Positions 62,292 through 64,000 of a stretch of DNA of 64,000 nt are shown here, piece after piece; the stretch's first letter is position 1; each line of letters starts with the position of its first letter. The DNA is from Ascidiella aspersa (Eukaryota). Under the pieces are notes generated by a model, which searched no databases, was not told where the DNA came from, and worked only from the letters and a program-made list of their open reading frames with translations. The position numbers were made by a program, and so were the translations under genes. The stretch spans positions 20,584,001 to 20,648,000 of the forward strand of contig OZ004611.1 in assembly GCA_963924565.1 (NCBI GenBank), written 5' to 3'.

Positions 62292-64000
62292 GTAAGTTTT
62301 TGTGCGTGCTATTTTATTTAGAAAGGCATATAACTAAAGGCGATGTTTGTTATATTTTTTTAGATTGTCACCTGTATGTGACCATTAATTTCTAATAATT
62401 TTTGGCTGCGGTAACTCCCCTTTTTCTAAGTCGAAGTGCTATCTAGAGATTGACTATCACTTTTTTTGGACAGATACAATTTTGTTAACCGTTACCGATT
62501 TTTTTTTATTGTGAAAAATGTTCAAAATTTGAATCAATTGAAAATAAAATACAAATACTGTTTTAGTTTATATACCTTTATTAGTATTCAACTATTATTT
62601 TGCATATTAACCTGGCGTGAAGCTAAAACTCAATTTTTTCATTAAAAAATGTTTGTTGTACAGGAAAGATTATATATCATATTTTCGTACTAAAATATTG
62701 ACCAAAGTATCGGCCTACATTTACTGTTTTGATAGAAAGAGACTAGAAAGCCAAATATCGGCCGATATTATCGACAAACCGATATATCGAGCTATCTCTA
62801 GTGGTATCAATGTTAAAACTTGATGCAGGTGAAAAAAAGAGAAAGAAGAAGGATGGAAGTAGCGGGGGTGGAGCTGGGGTTCGTCCGAAACATTGTCCCT
62901 TGTCGGAGAGGCAACAGCTTGCGCTACTCATGCAAATGACTGCCGAAGAGAATAATGGCAAGTTTATATTTATATTGTTTTACTTATTACACAAGTGATA
63001 AACAAGCCTATTTTGTTTTCCTGAATTAAGTACACAAAACAATTTATTTTAGTAACACAAATAAATGAAAAAACAGCTCTAGAATCTTTTATTGGAAATT
63101 GATTTAAACAGGTGTATCTACATGTAGTATTATTCTAGTTTGTAAATTTAGGAACGATATGTAGCTTTATTTATATATAAACAGCTAAAAGGTTGCATTT
63201 CTTACAGTGACTAAATCAACAAATTTGCATTGTAGTTATTTTGATAATCTAATGTACTAATAAACATTTTTGTTGAACAGTACATAGCTTCTCACAAAAA
63301 ATGTGAACCTCATATAGGTAAAACTACTATGTTACACAGCTTTTACGCTTCAAAAAAAAACTTGGCTAAAAATCTGATCTGTATGTTATTTGGCAGTACT
63401 TTATCGTGACACTAAATACTTGTAAAGCTTTCTTATTTTACCTTAAACTACTCACATAAAAAATGTGAGCTCTTAGGTAACTGCTTTAGCACTGTTGTAC
63501 ATTATCATTAAAATAAACCATTTTGCCTTTATACCTTTTTTACAGCGCCTTAAAAAAGTTTTTCTTTGCAATGGACAAAACGTCACAACAAACCGACTAA
63601 ATTGCACTTCTTAAATAAAAAATGTATAGTTTGGGGGTTTATGGCTCCACTTCAGGAAAAGTTTGGAACACTATTTGTGAACTAAGGCTGTGCTACAGGA
63701 ATTCACTATTGCAAACGATTGCTTGGGTAACTTGGTCAAATTCCAAGAGCAGTTTGACGCCTTAGTAATCCAGTAGTAATCCAGAGCGTCTAAAAATGCT
63801 CTGCACACCTATGATTGGCGCCTATGTGAATATATATGTACATTTTGGCCCTTTTTAATATTTGATAAGGTTAAAGAAAAGTACTATTGGTTTTTAATTT
63901 GTTAGAATTACTTTATGATCATCTGTAACATGTTTTGTTGACTTTCACAGAGAGAAGTTCTCCCCCACCACCAAATTCTCGGAAAACCCCGGGCAGTAGC
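62216..64000 (+). CDS. ANKRD11: Ankyrin repeat domain protein 11/12 homologue, 5' part: join(62216..62291,62829..62957,63951..>64000)
   Basis: PLSERQQLALLMQMTAEE is nearly identical to the ANKRD11 pre-ankyrin motif PLSERQQVALLMQMTAEE. Exon phases are 1-1. The next exon, ERSSPPPPNSRKTPGSS, matches the S/P/T-rich linker. Ankyrin repeats are expected beyond the window. Confidence 0.85.
62444..62800. mobile_element. hAT-type MITE (TAGAGAT...ATCTCTA)
   Basis: Short TIR, subterminal CCGAT/ATCGG motifs, TSD GTGCTATC / GTGGTATC (7/8). Confidence 0.7.
62829..62957 (+). CDS. ANKRD11: ANKRD11/12 exon with the LSERQQ..LLMQMT motif
   Basis: Acceptor atgcag; donor G|GCAAGT (GC type). Confidence 0.88.
63951..64000 (+). 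CDS. ANKRD11: ANKRD11/12 exon, truncated by the window end
   Basis: Acceptor tttcacag; open and in phase. Confidence 0.75.

Overview
Intron-rich, AT-rich animal genomic DNA, probably an ascidian/tunicate (inferred from gene architecture, MITE types and CpG mosaic; not proven). I reconstructed five genes by hand from splice sites and reading-frame phase. (1) The 3' part of an HtrA2/Omi serine protease (+, 7 exons, <1-5169). (2) A complete CDV3 homologue (-, 7 coding exons, 9482-14020, 247 aa), absent from the ORF track. (3) A solitary intronless H1.0/H5-like linker histone (-, 14764-15387). (4) An unusually long PEA3-subfamily ETS factor, ETV1/4/5 (+, 13 coding exons, 37232-58925, about 904 aa), preceded by about 22 kb of CpG-rich non-coding DNA. 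(5) The 5' end of an ANKRD11/12 homologue (+, 62216->64000) with a probable GC-AG intron. Several non-autonomous DNA transposons (hAT-, PIF/Harbinger- and Merlin-like MITEs) have visible TIRs, and many have TSDs. I found no rRNA, tRNA or CRISPR. I cannot demonstrate a new biological system. The best leads are a latent Arg-rich protamine-like +1 frame across the H1 tail, a telomere-like foldback MITE pair bracketing the CDV3 start exon, a triplicated splice donor just before the ETS-domain exons, a nested palindromic intronic structure, and a possible H1-CDV3 operon/trans-splicing arrangement.
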